Shown here piece by piece: positions 44,529 to 54,303 of a stretch of DNA of 64,000 nt. The stretch's first letter is position 1. Each line of letters opens with the position of its first letter. The translations under genes and the position numbers were made by a program. The notes under the pieces were generated by a model. It was not told where the DNA came from. It saw only the letters and a program-made list of their open reading frames with translations, and did not search any database. The stretch is taken from IMG/VR virus record IMGVR_UViG_3300025141_000018, one strand, 5' to 3'. Source of the DNA: a virus (Duplodnaviria > Caudoviricetes).

Positions 44529-47252
44529 TTAACTAGAACCGGAAAGTTTACCGGTATTAAGAATTCTTACAGGTATGTAAATAAATTCTGCGGCTTTTGT
44601 TGGCTCAACGCCAATATCAATCCAAAGTTCATTTCGATCAATTCTTGCAGATGTATTATTGCTTGTATCACAAACTACTGCAAAGTCATACAATCCACGT
44701 TTTGCTTGTATGTCTCCTAAGAATCTTTCAATCATATCTTTGATGTTTGCTCTTGTTAATGTATCATTAGGTTCAAAAATAAACGGTCTTACAATTTTAT
44801 CAAGACGTTCTCTTAGATAAATCATCAAACGAGAAACATTTATTCTATCTAATGCACTATCTGCGGCATAAAGAGTTTTTTGTCCCCAAACTATAACACC
44901 TTCACCTGGAAAGTTTGCTACTGGATTCACTTTTTTAGCATATAAAGTGTCTCGCAAACCTTGTGTTAGTGCTACTGCCTTAAATTCGCTTTCGCTGTCA
45001 ATATAGCCAACGTTTGTAGCATTTTGTACTGATCCTCTTGCAATACCTGCTGGTGCAAACCATGGATAAGAAACATTGTCATTGTATGCTAATGTTCGCA
45101 TAATTGTATGACTCATTGGCTGAGCTACTGTATAACCATCAACGTTTGTTGTTAATGCTACACCTGGATAGTAAACGCCCATTTTATCATTCTTAGGACT
45201 TACTAATCCATCTTCGCCATTTTCTACTGCGGCTGTACCATCAATCCATGTACTAATATTTGTTGCATTATTAGCAAGTCTCATTGGTGAATCAATAACA
45301 CAAAATGCAGTTTCTTTTCTATCAGTTGATAGAGTAGACATTTCGTCAGCACATTCAGGATAACCTGGTGCAGTAATTAAGTTAAAACTTAATGTTTCTG
45401 CTCTTAAGTCATCATCTGATAATGCGGCTTGCATTGCAATAACAACAACTTTTCTTTGTGCCGCTCTGCCAAAATTTCCTGATCCATCAGCGGCTGTTCC
45501 ACTTGCTGAACGCCATTTCCATGAAGTTGTTAATGAAGTATCATACTTTCTAACATTATATGAAGAACGACATAAGTTCATTGCAAGCATCCCATCCGGA
45601 TATAATGCTGGATTTGGTCCACCTGTTATAACTGTTGCACCAATGCTTGCATTTGTTGAGTCACTAGAGGTTTCAGTAATGTCTGCAAATACAACACCAT
45701 TTGGAGTTGACTGATCTGAACTATCACGTGATATCCATGCACTTGTGCCAGTATCATACATTTTAAATACAAGACCGCCACCTGTTGTGTCCATCCATAA
45801 ATCGTTATTACTTGGTCCAGTCGGTGCCGTAGTACCTACAGAGCTAATTGTTTTAGGAATCCAAAGTCCTGTTGCTTTAATATACATATCAAAAGAACCG
45901 ATTAATGTAGTACTATCATACCAGTATGTGCCGTCCGTTGTAGAACCTGTTAATGCAGTTGGACTACTTTGCAAATTACCTGATGCAGTACCTGGTGTAA
46001 TTGCAGTCCATACACCTGCTCCATCAGCAGTTTTAACACTCATTTCTGGATCGCCAGTATCGTGATCAATTGCATCAATATAAATTTCACCTGCGGCAGG
46101 CGTTGCTCCACCGTTAATATAAACAGTTATATCGCCTTGGACCAATCCTGTGTCGGCTGTTCCGCCTACTGTAATAGCGGTAATTTTACCTGACGAGTCA
46201 ACTGTTGCTGTTGCAGTTCTATTTGATGCACCATTCAATGTAATAGTTGGTAAATCACCTGAACTGTATCCTGATCCACCATCGTCTACTGTGATACTAG
46301 CAATATCACCGGCTGTAATAATAGCGGTTCCGTATGCTTGTGACCCAACACCAAAACGTCCTGGTGAATTCGCTTCATCATCAGAAAATAATACAGGTGT
46401 TGTTTTAGTTGTCCATCCAGCCGTTGTTGAACTGTAAGATTTCATAACAACATTCATTCCAGCATTTGCTGAAGTCATCTTAATCCATACATCGTATCTG
46501 GCTGGACTTGCTGGTACATTTGTATGTGGATCAACATATATATTTGTTGCCGCATACACTCCACCAAGTGCTTGCATATCTGTTTCTCTAATTTCTGTCC
46601 ATGTTGCTGATGAGGTCTTTTTGTAATATCTCCATCCTGCTAATGTTGATCCTCCGCTCCCTAAACTAACGATTGCATATGAATCAACTGGTAATGCCGC
46701 TACTGTACTGATAGCATTATTAGGAACTGCACTTGCGGCGGCTCCTGATATTTCGCCTGCTACTAATACAGTTGGTGTCTTACTTACCCAAGCACCAGCA
46801 CTATCGGCTTCAAAAATGCCCCATGATGTTGATGCTGTATCAAGCCATACTTGACCATTGTTAGGTGGTCCTTTTGGTTCTGTTGCAGATGCTTCTAATT
46901 CGGTAGTATTAATGCCTGCTCTTACAACATAAGCCCGACTTGCTATTCCTAGAAAGGAATATGCGGCCAATAAACCCCACTCGTTTGTTTCATGCCCGTG
47001 TACTGGAGTTCCGCTTGTAACTTTAAAAGTAGGATCTCCGTAACTATTAAGTAAGTCTCGTTGACTTGTAATAAGAGCTACGTTTCCAGCCTGGGCTGAA
47101 GTTGTATACGGTGCAGTGGTTGTGCCGTCCGTCAACGTTTTATCTTGCCCTGTTGCAATGATAAACATTGGTACTGTGCCAGTTCCGACGCTGGCATAAA
47201 ATGATTCGTCAGTTACCGAAACACTGACTCCTGGTGATACTAAAGTTGCCAT
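44529..47252 (-). CDS. gp18: Tail sheath protein (T4 gp18-like)
   Basis: MATLVSPGVSVSVTDES, PWFAPAGIARG, WGQKT, ALDRINVSRL, FEPND and AAEFIYI motifs. Confidence 0.96.
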   Translation of the reverse strand: MATLVSPGVSVSVTDESFYASVGTGTVPMFIIATGQDKTLTDGTTTAPYTTSAQAGNVALITSQRDLLNSYGDPTFKVTSGTPVHGHETNEWGLLAAYSFLGIASRAYVVRAGINTTELEASATEPKGPPNNGQVWLDTASTSWGIFEADSAGAWVSKTPTVLVAGEISGAAASAVPNNAISTVAALPVDSYAIVSLGSGGSTLAGWRYYKKTSSATWTEIRETDMQALGGVYAATNIYVDPHTNVPASPARYDVWIKMTSANAGMNVVMKSYSSTTAGWTTKTTPVLFSDDEANSPGRFGVGSQAYGTAIITAGDIASITVDDGGSGYSSGDLPTITLNGASNRTATATVDSSGKITAITVGGTADTGLVQGDITVYINGGATPAAGEIYIDAIDHDTGDPEMSVKTADGAGVWTAITPGTASGNLQSSPTALTGSTTDGTYWYDSTTLIGSFDMYIKATGLWIPKTISSVGTTAPTGPSNNDLWMDTTGGGLVFKMYDTGTSAWISRDSSDQSTPNGVVFADITETSSDSTNASIGATVITGGPNPALYPDGMLAMNLCRSSYNVRKYDTSLTTSWKWRSASGTAADGSGNFGRAAQRKVVVIAMQAALSDDDLRAETLSFNLITAPGYPECADEMSTLSTDRKETAFCVIDSPMRLANNATNISTWIDGTAAVENGEDGLVSPKNDKMGVYYPGVALTTNVDGYTVAQPMSHTIMRTLAYNDNVSYPWFAPAGIARGSVQNATNVGYIDSESEFKAVALTQGLRDTLYAKKVNPVANFPGEGVIVWGQKTLYAADSALDRINVSRLMIYLRERLDKIVRPFIFEPNDTLTRANIKDMIERFLGDIQAKRGLYDFAVVCDTSNNTSARIDRNELWIDIGVEPTKAAEFIYIPVRILNTGKLSGSS

Positions 47253-47317
47253 TTAGTTTTCCTTAAAATTATAGGTCTCTTTTACATATTTATGTGGTAT
47301 TTGGTATATAGTGGTGT

Positions 47318-48067
47318 TTAACCGATGACAAAATGGAGCGGATCGCCACCATCTTGGTAAGTTACAAGTTCTTGCTCGAGCTTGTCCATTGATGCCTGTG
47401 CATCTGTACGTAATGCCTCGCCATTTAATGTAGTACCACCTTGTGGTCCTGCAATTTGGCTAAATTTACTTCTTGCTTCTGCTATAATTAATTTTGCTTC
47501 TGCTACTGCCCAACTTCGACACCAAAATCCAGCATATGTATCGCTTAATAAATCTGCTTCAGGTCTATAGTTATAACAATGTAGAATAACATTTTCATCA
47601 TTACTTTTTACTTTTCGTTGTATTGATATTGTTTTGCTACTAGGCTTCCATGTAAACATATATTCACTACCAAACATTCTACCAAGCATTTCTCTATGTT
47701 GAGAATATGCTTCAAAGGTCATAAGGCCACCAGCCCGTCCTGAATGCAACAAATATGTATTAAGATATGCCGCCTCGAAAGGCTCAACATCATTTCCATA
47801 TGTTGTTCCAGAAATACCTGTTACTGTTCTATAGATATCTTTAACTTCGATTATTTCGTCAGGTAAGACATAATCACTAACTTCCTTTGTTAATGAGAGT
47901 ATTGCGAAACTTTCTTCTGTTGCATTTGATGAACGTTGTCTATAACGGTCTAATGCGTGATCAATGCTTAAATTATAATGATCAGCATCTAATTCAACAT
48001 CTACAATACCTCCACCGAGGCTAAGTTCTATATCTTTAATTAATTTCTGTCGTTGAGACTGGGCCAT
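47318..48067 (-). CDS. gp13: Neck/head-tail adaptor (T4 gp13-like)
   Basis: LSLGGGIVDVEL, ARSKF...GPQGGTTLNG; late promoter at 48085. Confidence 0.88.
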   Translation of the reverse strand: MAQSQRQKLIKDIELSLGGGIVDVELDADHYNLSIDHALDRYRQRSSNATEESFAILSLTKEVSDYVLPDEIIEVKDIYRTVTGISGTTYGNDVEPFEAAYLNTYLLHSGRAGGLMTFEAYSQHREMLGRMFGSEYMFTWKPSSKTISIQRKVKSNDENVILHCYNYRPEADLLSDTYAGFWCRSWAVAEAKLIIAEARSKFSQIAGPQGGTTLNGEALRTDAQASMDKLEQELVTYQDGGDPLHFVIG

Positions 48068-48128
48068 ACAACTACCTTTTACAATATTTATGAAAAAGGA
48101 GACTAAGGTAGTTGCATGGACTTGGGAT

Positions 48129-49337
48129 CTATTTAAATACTTTGAGGATTACAGTATCATCACCAAATCGCGGAGTTAACCGGGTTTCTACTGCATTTAT
48201 GCCTGTAAACCATTTATCAAACTTAGTTTTGCTAAGTCCTTTACATTCTTTTAATTGTTCCTTAGGTTTACGAAGTGTTTTCCTAACACTTAGGTTTTCG
48301 TTCACATTTAGTATGGTTGTACCTTTTGCTTTAAACCCCATACTGTCATCGGCAATTAAAACACCAATCTTTCTAAATTTACATTGATAAATCACTGCCG
48401 CAGTTGCACCAATTAATGATAATGGTTTTTCGCTTACAATTCCTAAATCATCATTTTTAGGAGAGTATTTTAATTTAGCAACTTGCTTTTCAGCACTCCT
48501 TGGTTTCTTTGTACGTTGTTTTCTATTAGCAAGTGATTCACCAATAATCATATCACATGCATCAATAACATCTTGTAAAAACGTTACAAAACGATGTTTA
48601 TCCGAAGTTGACATATGTGAATAACCTTCAACCATATCTTCGTCAGTTTTAAGAATTGCATGATTAATTTCAGCAAGTTCTGCTTCGTAGTCTTTTTTAA
48701 TAACTCTTGCATGAGCTTGGTTACAGTTATTACCACGCAAATACTCAAGTGGTTTGTTTTGTAAGGAAACTAATGCCCATGTACTTTCGTTACTTGTACA
48801 CATGTCTTTCCATTTTTCTAATTCGGCACCAATATCCCATGCTTGTTCTTTAACACGGTCTTGTATTGTTGGACCTACTTGGCGTTCTTCTTTCTTTTCG
48901 TCCCTTTTTTCTAGTTTATTAAATCCATGAGTACAAAGATAATCAACATGTCTATCTAATTTCTCTTGTACTGTTTCTTCAAACTCTGCGCCTTTCACTG
49001 CCATTCGTGCAAGCCAACCATAAGTTGGAAGAACAAATACATCTGGACATGCTTTTACCATTTTAGAATCATCAGTGCGATTTCGTTCAACTAGATACTC
49101 TGCTAAGTATTTTTTTGCATCTTTAACATTACTATGATAATTGTAATAATTAAACCCCCGTGCTAATTCCATATCCTTAACTGGTCCATAAAATTCGGGC
49201 TCTGGTCCAGTATATTGTTCGTCAAGACCTCTTTGTGATAATCGTTTTTTCTTTTTAGGAGCAACTTTTAATAAACTACCATCAGTTTTCTTTTTTTGCT
49301 TTGGCATACTGTTCCTTTGTTTAAGTTGGCAGACCAT
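48129..49337 (-). CDS. Hypothetical protein
   Basis: 402 aa; C-terminal KTLRKPKEQL pattern; no function assignable. Confidence 0.7.
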   Translation of the reverse strand: MVCQLKQRNSMPKQKKKTDGSLLKVAPKKKKRLSQRGLDEQYTGPEPEFYGPVKDMELARGFNYYNYHSNVKDAKKYLAEYLVERNRTDDSKMVKACPDVFVLPTYGWLARMAVKGAEFEETVQEKLDRHVDYLCTHGFNKLEKRDEKKEERQVGPTIQDRVKEQAWDIGAELEKWKDMCTSNESTWALVSLQNKPLEYLRGNNCNQAHARVIKKDYEAELAEINHAILKTDEDMVEGYSHMSTSDKHRFVTFLQDVIDACDMIIGESLANRKQRTKKPRSAEKQVAKLKYSPKNDDLGIVSEKPLSLIGATAAVIYQCKFRKIGVLIADDSMGFKAKGTTILNVNENLSVRKTLRKPKEQLKECKGLSKTKFDKWFTGINAVETRLTPRFGDDTVILKVFK

Positions 49338-49348
49338 CTAGGAATGGC

Positions 49349-49864
49349 CTATAAGTTCTGCGTATGAGTACATTTTGGATAATTTGAGCATCCAAGAAAA
49401 TTTTTCTTTGTACGTTTCGCAGTTCGTTTAACAAGTAAACTTTCACACTTTGGACAAACATGATTTCCATCTGCTACATATTTCCAAAGTTCCTGTGCCC
49501 GCTCTTTCATATTACGAAAGGCATTTATTGTTCTATTTACTCTGCGTTCTGCTTTAACAGGTCGATCTTGTTTAAGATCAAATAAAGTAACACGAATTGC
49601 ATCAGATCCAATTTCTCGTGTTCTTTTAGTTTTTCTATCTACGGATGAAAAAATACGGATGGAATAACGGAAGTTGTCGCCTTTTAAGGCTTTCATAAAA
49701 TCGTCTGCGTTGTCATTCTTTACTACACGTTCAAAAACATACTCGTTTGCATTAATGCCAAATCCTTCTGAGTTTGGATCAACATCATTAATACATTTAA
49801 AACCCATATCTTCAACTAGCACTTGCTTTGCTTGATCGTATGTAAATTCAACGTATCCTGACAT
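49349..49864 (-). CDS. Protein with C-terminal topoisomerase-type C4 zinc ribbon
   Basis: CPKCESLLVKRT...FLGCSNYPKCTHT. Confidence 0.75.
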   Translation of the reverse strand: MSGYVEFTYDQAKQVLVEDMGFKCINDVDPNSEGFGINANEYVFERVVKNDNADDFMKALKGDNFRYSIRIFSSVDRKTKRTREIGSDAIRVTLFDLKQDRPVKAERRVNRTINAFRNMKERAQELWKYVADGNHVCPKCESLLVKRTAKRTKKNFLGCSNYPKCTHTQNL

Positions 49865-49902
49865 AAACCGCCTCTTTGTTAGTGTTTTAATGTTATATAA
49901 AT

Positions 49903-49930
49903 ATTATACTATCATATAGCAAAATGTCAA
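49903..49930 (-). promoter_or_regulatory. Sigma70-type early promoter
   Basis: TTGACA-16 nt-TATAAT. Confidence 0.7.
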
Positions 49931-50718
49931 CCGAAAAAAAGAACCAAATTATTTATGTATTAAATCGAGCAGGTCATTGTGGAGTCTGGTTCTCTTGGGC
50001 ATTGCATAATGCTCTAGGCTATAATTATTATGAATCTGATTGGTTAGGATACGAATATAATTTAAATGGTAATCCAAATGGAAATAAGGAGTTAGGTGAA
50101 AAGTTACGAATGATATCGTATTTTCTATCTGAAGCCGGTCAACATGGATCATATAATACAAAAAACCATACACACAATGCTACCGATAAAATATTAATTA
50201 ACAATAGCGACGATGGTATGGCTGATAACGAGCTAATAGAATGGGCATTTGTTATTAGAGCAGTTAATCAAATACTAAAAGAGGATAAAATGTTATTCTC
50301 TAAAAAAAATTCTACAATAGTTATTCAAAACGAATTTAGATACAATTTACCAATCCAGTCAAATGATCCAAATAATTTAGTATTTTATACAAACGGAGAT
50401 ACATATTTTAAACGTACCGGAGTTTGGCGTAAAGGATTAGAAAGTATTAATGAAGATTTAGAAATGCAACCCGAAGAACCGCAAGTATTTGATCCTCTAA
50501 CTGGTGCATGTCATAGTTCTGTTCCTTCTAATTTTAGATGGGAAAACATATTAAGCGAATATTCTATTATACTAAATTTAGAAGATATGATTTTTAATAA
50601 AAATTATGATTTTGTAAAATATATATACGAAGATGTTGATATAGATGTATTGCATAATAGTATGTTACAATGGCACCATCGCATGTTAGATACACATAAA
50701 GGACAGGAATATTCATGA
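49924..50718 (+). CDS. Hypothetical protein, paralogue A (degenerate P-loop/sulfotransferase-like start)
   Basis: IIYVLNRAGHCGVWFSWAL; clear similarity to the next gene. Confidence 0.65.
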   Translation: MSTEKKNQIIYVLNRAGHCGVWFSWALHNALGYNYYESDWLGYEYNLNGNPNGNKELGEKLRMISYFLSEAGQHGSYNTKNHTHNATDKILINNSDDGMADNELIEWAFVIRAVNQILKEDKMLFSKKNSTIVIQNEFRYNLPIQSNDPNNLVFYTNGDTYFKRTGVWRKGLESINEDLEMQPEEPQVFDPLTGACHSSVPSNFRWENILSEYSIILNLEDMIFNKNYDFVKYIYEDVDIDVLHNSMLQWHHRMLDTHKGQEYS

Positions 50719-51317
50719 AACAATTAATTTACGTATTCAATGCTATTGGACATTGTGGCCATTTCTTTTCTTGGGCATTGCATGATGCATTAGGTTACAA
50801 TTATTTTAGCATAACTAAAAAAGATAAAGAATTCCAACTAAACGGTAATTTAGATGTTGGACGATTTTCTCGTGTAACATCTTGGTATCTAGCAAATTGT
50901 ATGTCCCAAGATGAATGGAATTATGTAATTACTACTACCAATATGATGAAGGATAACGGAAAGCATATGTTTCATTCACAGAAAATTAACACACTAATTG
51001 TTCAAAACGAATTTAGAAGTAACTTTTTTGTTAATAGCAACGATCCGTCTATTGTATGTTTACTACCAAATGGCAATACATATTTTGACCGTGTAAACAT
51101 TACACGATTTGATAGACAGGAAGTATTTGAACCACCAGTTGCAATACCTGTTTTAAACAAACATTGTATTGAAATAAACTTAGAAGATATGATTTTTAAT
51201 AAAAATTATGATTTTGTAGAATATCTAACGGAACCTGTAGACATAGATAGGTTACATACAAACATGTTATACTGGCATGACTTTATTCTTGAGAAAGGGG
51301 ATTCTACTTCCCCTTAG
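50715..51317 (+). CDS. Hypothetical protein, paralogue B
   Basis: LIYVFNAIGHCGHFFSWAL; shares QNEFR and NLEDMIFNKNYDFV with paralogue A. Confidence 0.65.
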   Translation: MKQLIYVFNAIGHCGHFFSWALHDALGYNYFSITKKDKEFQLNGNLDVGRFSRVTSWYLANCMSQDEWNYVITTTNMMKDNGKHMFHSQKINTLIVQNEFRSNFFVNSNDPSIVCLLPNGNTYFDRVNITRFDRQEVFEPPVAIPVLNKHCIEINLEDMIFNKNYDFVEYLTEPVDIDRLHTNMLYWHDFILEKGDSTSP

Positions 51318-51771
51318 GTACTCTTTTACTAAAATCAAATTTGTAAAACTCTAAAGATCCTTTGTTGGTGTTACTACCATCGCTTGCATCTTCAGGCTCA
51401 ATAAATTCACCTTCAATTATTTCACCTTCGCTCATTGATTCACTTGCTTTTTCTTGTTTCTTGTGTTCGGGTTCTGTGTATGGAACCTTATATGCAATAG
51501 GATCAATGTCTCCGTCGTGTACAACCCAATAATAAACCCAATCTGGTTCTTTAACAGCCGATGAAATTAATATAAACTTCTTTGACTTTATATTTTTGGT
51601 AGGATATCCTAATAATCCTTGTACTGTAATATATGTTGTTACAGTAAGCAAAAGAGAAGCAGGAATTAAAATAAACATATAAAGTTTATTTTGTCCTTTT
51701 TGTATTAGATCCCATAATATTATTGCTAATAAAAGTACCCATGCTACAATTAAAAAACTAAAAAATACCAT
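51304..51771 (-). CDS. Two-TM membrane protein, third gene of the MotA/MotB-like cassette
   Basis: Two N-terminal TM helices, then GYPT and EPDWVYYW; coupled to the upstream gene. Confidence 0.7.
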   Translation of the reverse strand: MVFFSFLIVAWVLLLAIILWDLIQKGQNKLYMFILIPASLLLTVTTYITVQGLLGYPTKNIKSKKFILISSAVKEPDWVYYWVVHDGDIDPIAYKVPYTEPEHKKQEKASESMSEGEIIEGEFIEPEDASDGSNTNKGSLEFYKFDFSKRVPKGK

Positions 51772-52574
51772 TAAAATCCTCCTTCGGGTTCCTCATCATA
51801 ATCATACGTAAGTCTACCTTCTTGGTCAACTGTTGCCGATGTTGGGCGTGATTCGCCTCGATGTTCCGTGCTTTCTAAACCTGGTGGACTACCTATATTA
51901 GTGCCCTGTGAACTGGCGCCATGAGTTAGGGGCTCCGCCGCGCCGTGCGAGTGCTTTCCCGCAAAACGTTTTTGTAATTTGTTTTTAGAAATTACCTCCC
52001 CAGCATCATTTACTTTAAATCTAACGACAGTTTCCTCCTGTCCATTATTTTTAAGAGTAAGAACATCGTTATGTACTTCGCCATACGGATTTATTTTTAG
52101 TACCTGAACAGTAACATCAATAGGACCATGTCTTCTATTCTTCTTTGAATACAAATGTACATTAACAATATACTCACCAGGTGCGGTTCCTCGAATTGTC
52201 ATTATTTCGCGATTTAGAAATATTGTCTTTTTTTGACCATTTGCTAGTTGAATAGTATCATTGCTTGAACCCAGGTCGTCTTTATCTAAATGTAACCACC
52301 CACCTTCTTTATTAGGAAATCCGACTATTGTTTTTAAAGGATCTTGCATCCATAAATCTACATCGTATACGGATTTATGATCCCACTCCATTATAATCAT
52401 AAATTCTGCTTTCGCTTCTATGTTTGCTTCTTTTGTTATAGGATTAATTAAAATAAATGCAATAATAAAAAGGAAGGCAAAACCTATTAGAACATTAAAC
52501 AATAGGTCAGTAAATGCTAAACTACTTCTATATTTTGAATCACTGTCCATCTTGTTTGTTCTCATTTTCGACAT
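51771..52574 (-). CDS. MotB/ExbD-like single-TM protein with periplasmic Ig-like domain
   Basis: AFTDLLFNVLIGF TM helix with an Asp; DVDLWMQDP...LDKDDLG...GEYIVNVHLYS domain. Confidence 0.7.
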   Translation of the reverse strand: MSKMRTNKMDSDSKYRSSLAFTDLLFNVLIGFAFLFIIAFILINPITKEANIEAKAEFMIIMEWDHKSVYDVDLWMQDPLKTIVGFPNKEGGWLHLDKDDLGSSNDTIQLANGQKKTIFLNREIMTIRGTAPGEYIVNVHLYSKKNRRHGPIDVTVQVLKINPYGEVHNDVLTLKNNGQEETVVRFKVNDAGEVISKNKLQKRFAGKHSHGAAEPLTHGASSQGTNIGSPPGLESTEHRGESRPTSATVDQEGRLTYDYDEEPEGGF

Positions 52575-52998
52575 TAACTAACTGGATTTTTAATGTTAAA
52601 GAACAAATGAGACCTACTAAGGTAGTGTATAATGCAGTACTCATACCTAGGGCCATTTTTGTAAGTGAGTTCTGTATTGTGCTAGTATTGGATAAGTCAA
52701 TGTCTGCAAATGCACCACTGAGCATTAATAAGAATCCTGTTACAGTTCCTATCATACCCAAGGCAAGGCATGCTTCGGCTGTAAACCAGCCCACACCAAC
52801 ATCTTGCTTTGTATCTTCGGTTAACTTAGTTTTCCACCCAATCCAAAGCGACGTCATTGTAAACACTGACAGTATTAAAAAACTTATTTTGGTCTGATCT
52901 GCATGGTATAGGTCAATGTGCAAATTGAAATATACTGCGATTCCACCTGCTAGGATCGAGAGGCAAAATATAAGCCACCATCTCAATAGTGCTTTCAT
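52540..52998 (-). CDS. MotA/TolQ/ExbB proton-channel family protein
   Basis: ALGMIGTVTGF and GMSTALYTTLVGL motifs. Confidence 0.85.
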   Translation of the reverse strand: MKALLRWWLIFCLSILAGGIAVYFNLHIDLYHADQTKISFLILSVFTMTSLWIGWKTKLTEDTKQDVGVGWFTAEACLALGMIGTVTGFLLMLSGAFADIDLSNTSTIQNSLTKMALGMSTALYTTLVGLICSLTLKIQLVNVENENKQDGQ

Positions 52999-53005
52999 TT
53001 AACCT

Positions 53006-53443
53006 TTAATTTAATAATTTATCCTTAGTATTTATTTCAAAATCAAATGGATCGTCCTTTTGGGGTCTGGTGCTAAGTAGATCGTGCTGTAACTGTTCTA
53101 GTTGTTTCTTTGCAACCATTTCTGTTACTTTTAAAGCATCAAATGGGCTTTCGTTAACTATTCGTTCGCCGGCTAGTAGTCCTTCTTCAGCAGTATCATA
53201 CCAAGTGGCTTCCCAAACACCTTTTACATTAGTGTGTCTAGGTTTGTCGTATACTATGCCGTTATCTTTATTAACCCAATGTAAATGGAGAGTACCTATA
53301 TATTCTTCTACAAAACCAAAGCCTTGTAGAATGTCTCGAATACCTAAACTAGGAAAAAATGGAAAGGCAGGATCGTTATATAATTTATAACGGTATTGTG
53401 TTTCTAAACTGAATCGAAGTTCTTTTTTGTCCTTGTCGTTCAT
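53006..53443 (-). CDS. Hypothetical protein
   Basis: 145 aa; no family recognised. Confidence 0.6.
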   Translation of the reverse strand: MNDKDKKELRFSLETQYRYKLYNDPAFPFFPSLGIRDILQGFGFVEEYIGTLHLHWVNKDNGIVYDKPRHTNVKGVWEATWYDTAEEGLLAGERIVNESPFDALKVTEMVAKKQLEQLQHDLLSTRPQKDDPFDFEINTKDKLLN

Positions 53444-53460
53444 GCATATATTTAAACAAG

Positions 53461-53650
53461 AAAAAAGCGGATGGGTTAAAGATGGCTAATCAACGAACAA
53501 TGGTCAATAAACAAAAAACAACAATAACGCCTGCATCCTAGCATCAACAAGCATCTGTTTTTCTAGGATCAAAGCCTTGGCGTTCCAGTAGTTCGTTTGG
53601 GGAATGTCGACTAAAAGCCGAAATGAAGCCTCTTTTAATAGCATCCGCCT
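53461..53650 (-). ncRNA. Candidate structured RNA in the 3' region of the 53660-54223 gene
   Basis: Closing stem GCGGATG/CATCCGC extended by TTAAAAGA-GGCT/AGCC-A-TCTTTAA; inner stems AACGCC/GGCGTT and ATCCTAG/CTAGGAT; T6 tail. Confidence 0.55.
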
Positions 53651-53659
53651 AACGCCGAA

Positions 53660-54223
53660 TTAGAGTAAACCCTCGTTAATAAGAATCTGTTCTTCATCGG
53701 TAGTTAATTCTATTGCTTTCTTAACATTAAGTTCAAGCAGTTTATCGTTGGCTTGTTGTCTCGTCTTTTTAAGACCTTTAACGGTCTCTTTAAAATTTGA
53801 GACTTGTTCTTTGTCAAACAATCCAACAGTTATAGTGTCGCGACTAGAAAAAGAATCGTCTGAACGTCTACTTAATTTTTCAAGTCGTCCTTCAATTTCA
53901 TCGTACTTTATACGAGCCCTATTCCTGCTAAGTTCCGTATACTGCCGTATCTCGTGATCAAGACGAGCTTCCTCGGCGAGTAAACCAGACACACCGCACT
54001 TTGCATTCATTTGAGCAGTCTTTGCTCTCATTGAATAAAGTGTAGTTAAAAGATTGGTTCGCAGTTGAATGTTCTCTACTGCTTCTTGTAATTTGTTGGT
54101 AACCGCTTCCTTCGGTTTGATGAATTCATCTACTTCAACAGTAGAATCGATTTGTATCTCAGCAATCCTGGATTGGAGTTCTTTCTGGATTGCCGCGGAT
54201 TTACGCAGGTTAATTTTAGCCAT
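53660..54223 (-). CDS. Helical coiled-coil hypothetical protein
   Basis: 187 aa; strong AGGAG SD; own promoter. Confidence 0.75.
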   Translation of the reverse strand: MAKINLRKSAAIQKELQSRIAEIQIDSTVEVDEFIKPKEAVTNKLQEAVENIQLRTNLLTTLYSMRAKTAQMNAKCGVSGLLAEEARLDHEIRQYTELSRNRARIKYDEIEGRLEKLSRRSDDSFSSRDTITVGLFDKEQVSNFKETVKGLKKTRQQANDKLLELNVKKAIELTTDEEQILINEGLL

Positions 54224-54273
54224 GTTATTTCTCCTATGTTAGCCAAAGTGTTTAAAAGCCTTTATTAGTATAT

Positions 54274-54302
54274 ATTATATGCGATATTTATCGTAAGGTC
54301 AA
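54274..54302 (-). promoter_or_regulatory. Sigma70-type promoter with an embedded late promoter
   Basis: TTGACC-17 nt-TATAAT; the spacer contains GATAAATA inside the inverted repeat CGATA-tt-TATCG. Confidence 0.8.
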
Positions 54303-54303
54303 C

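Noticed and set aside
53461-53650. Calling the structured 3' RNA a Y RNA
   Set aside because: The ends pair as in Y RNAs, but the bulged-C Ro60-binding helix was not clearly present and no Ro60/TROVE gene is in the window.
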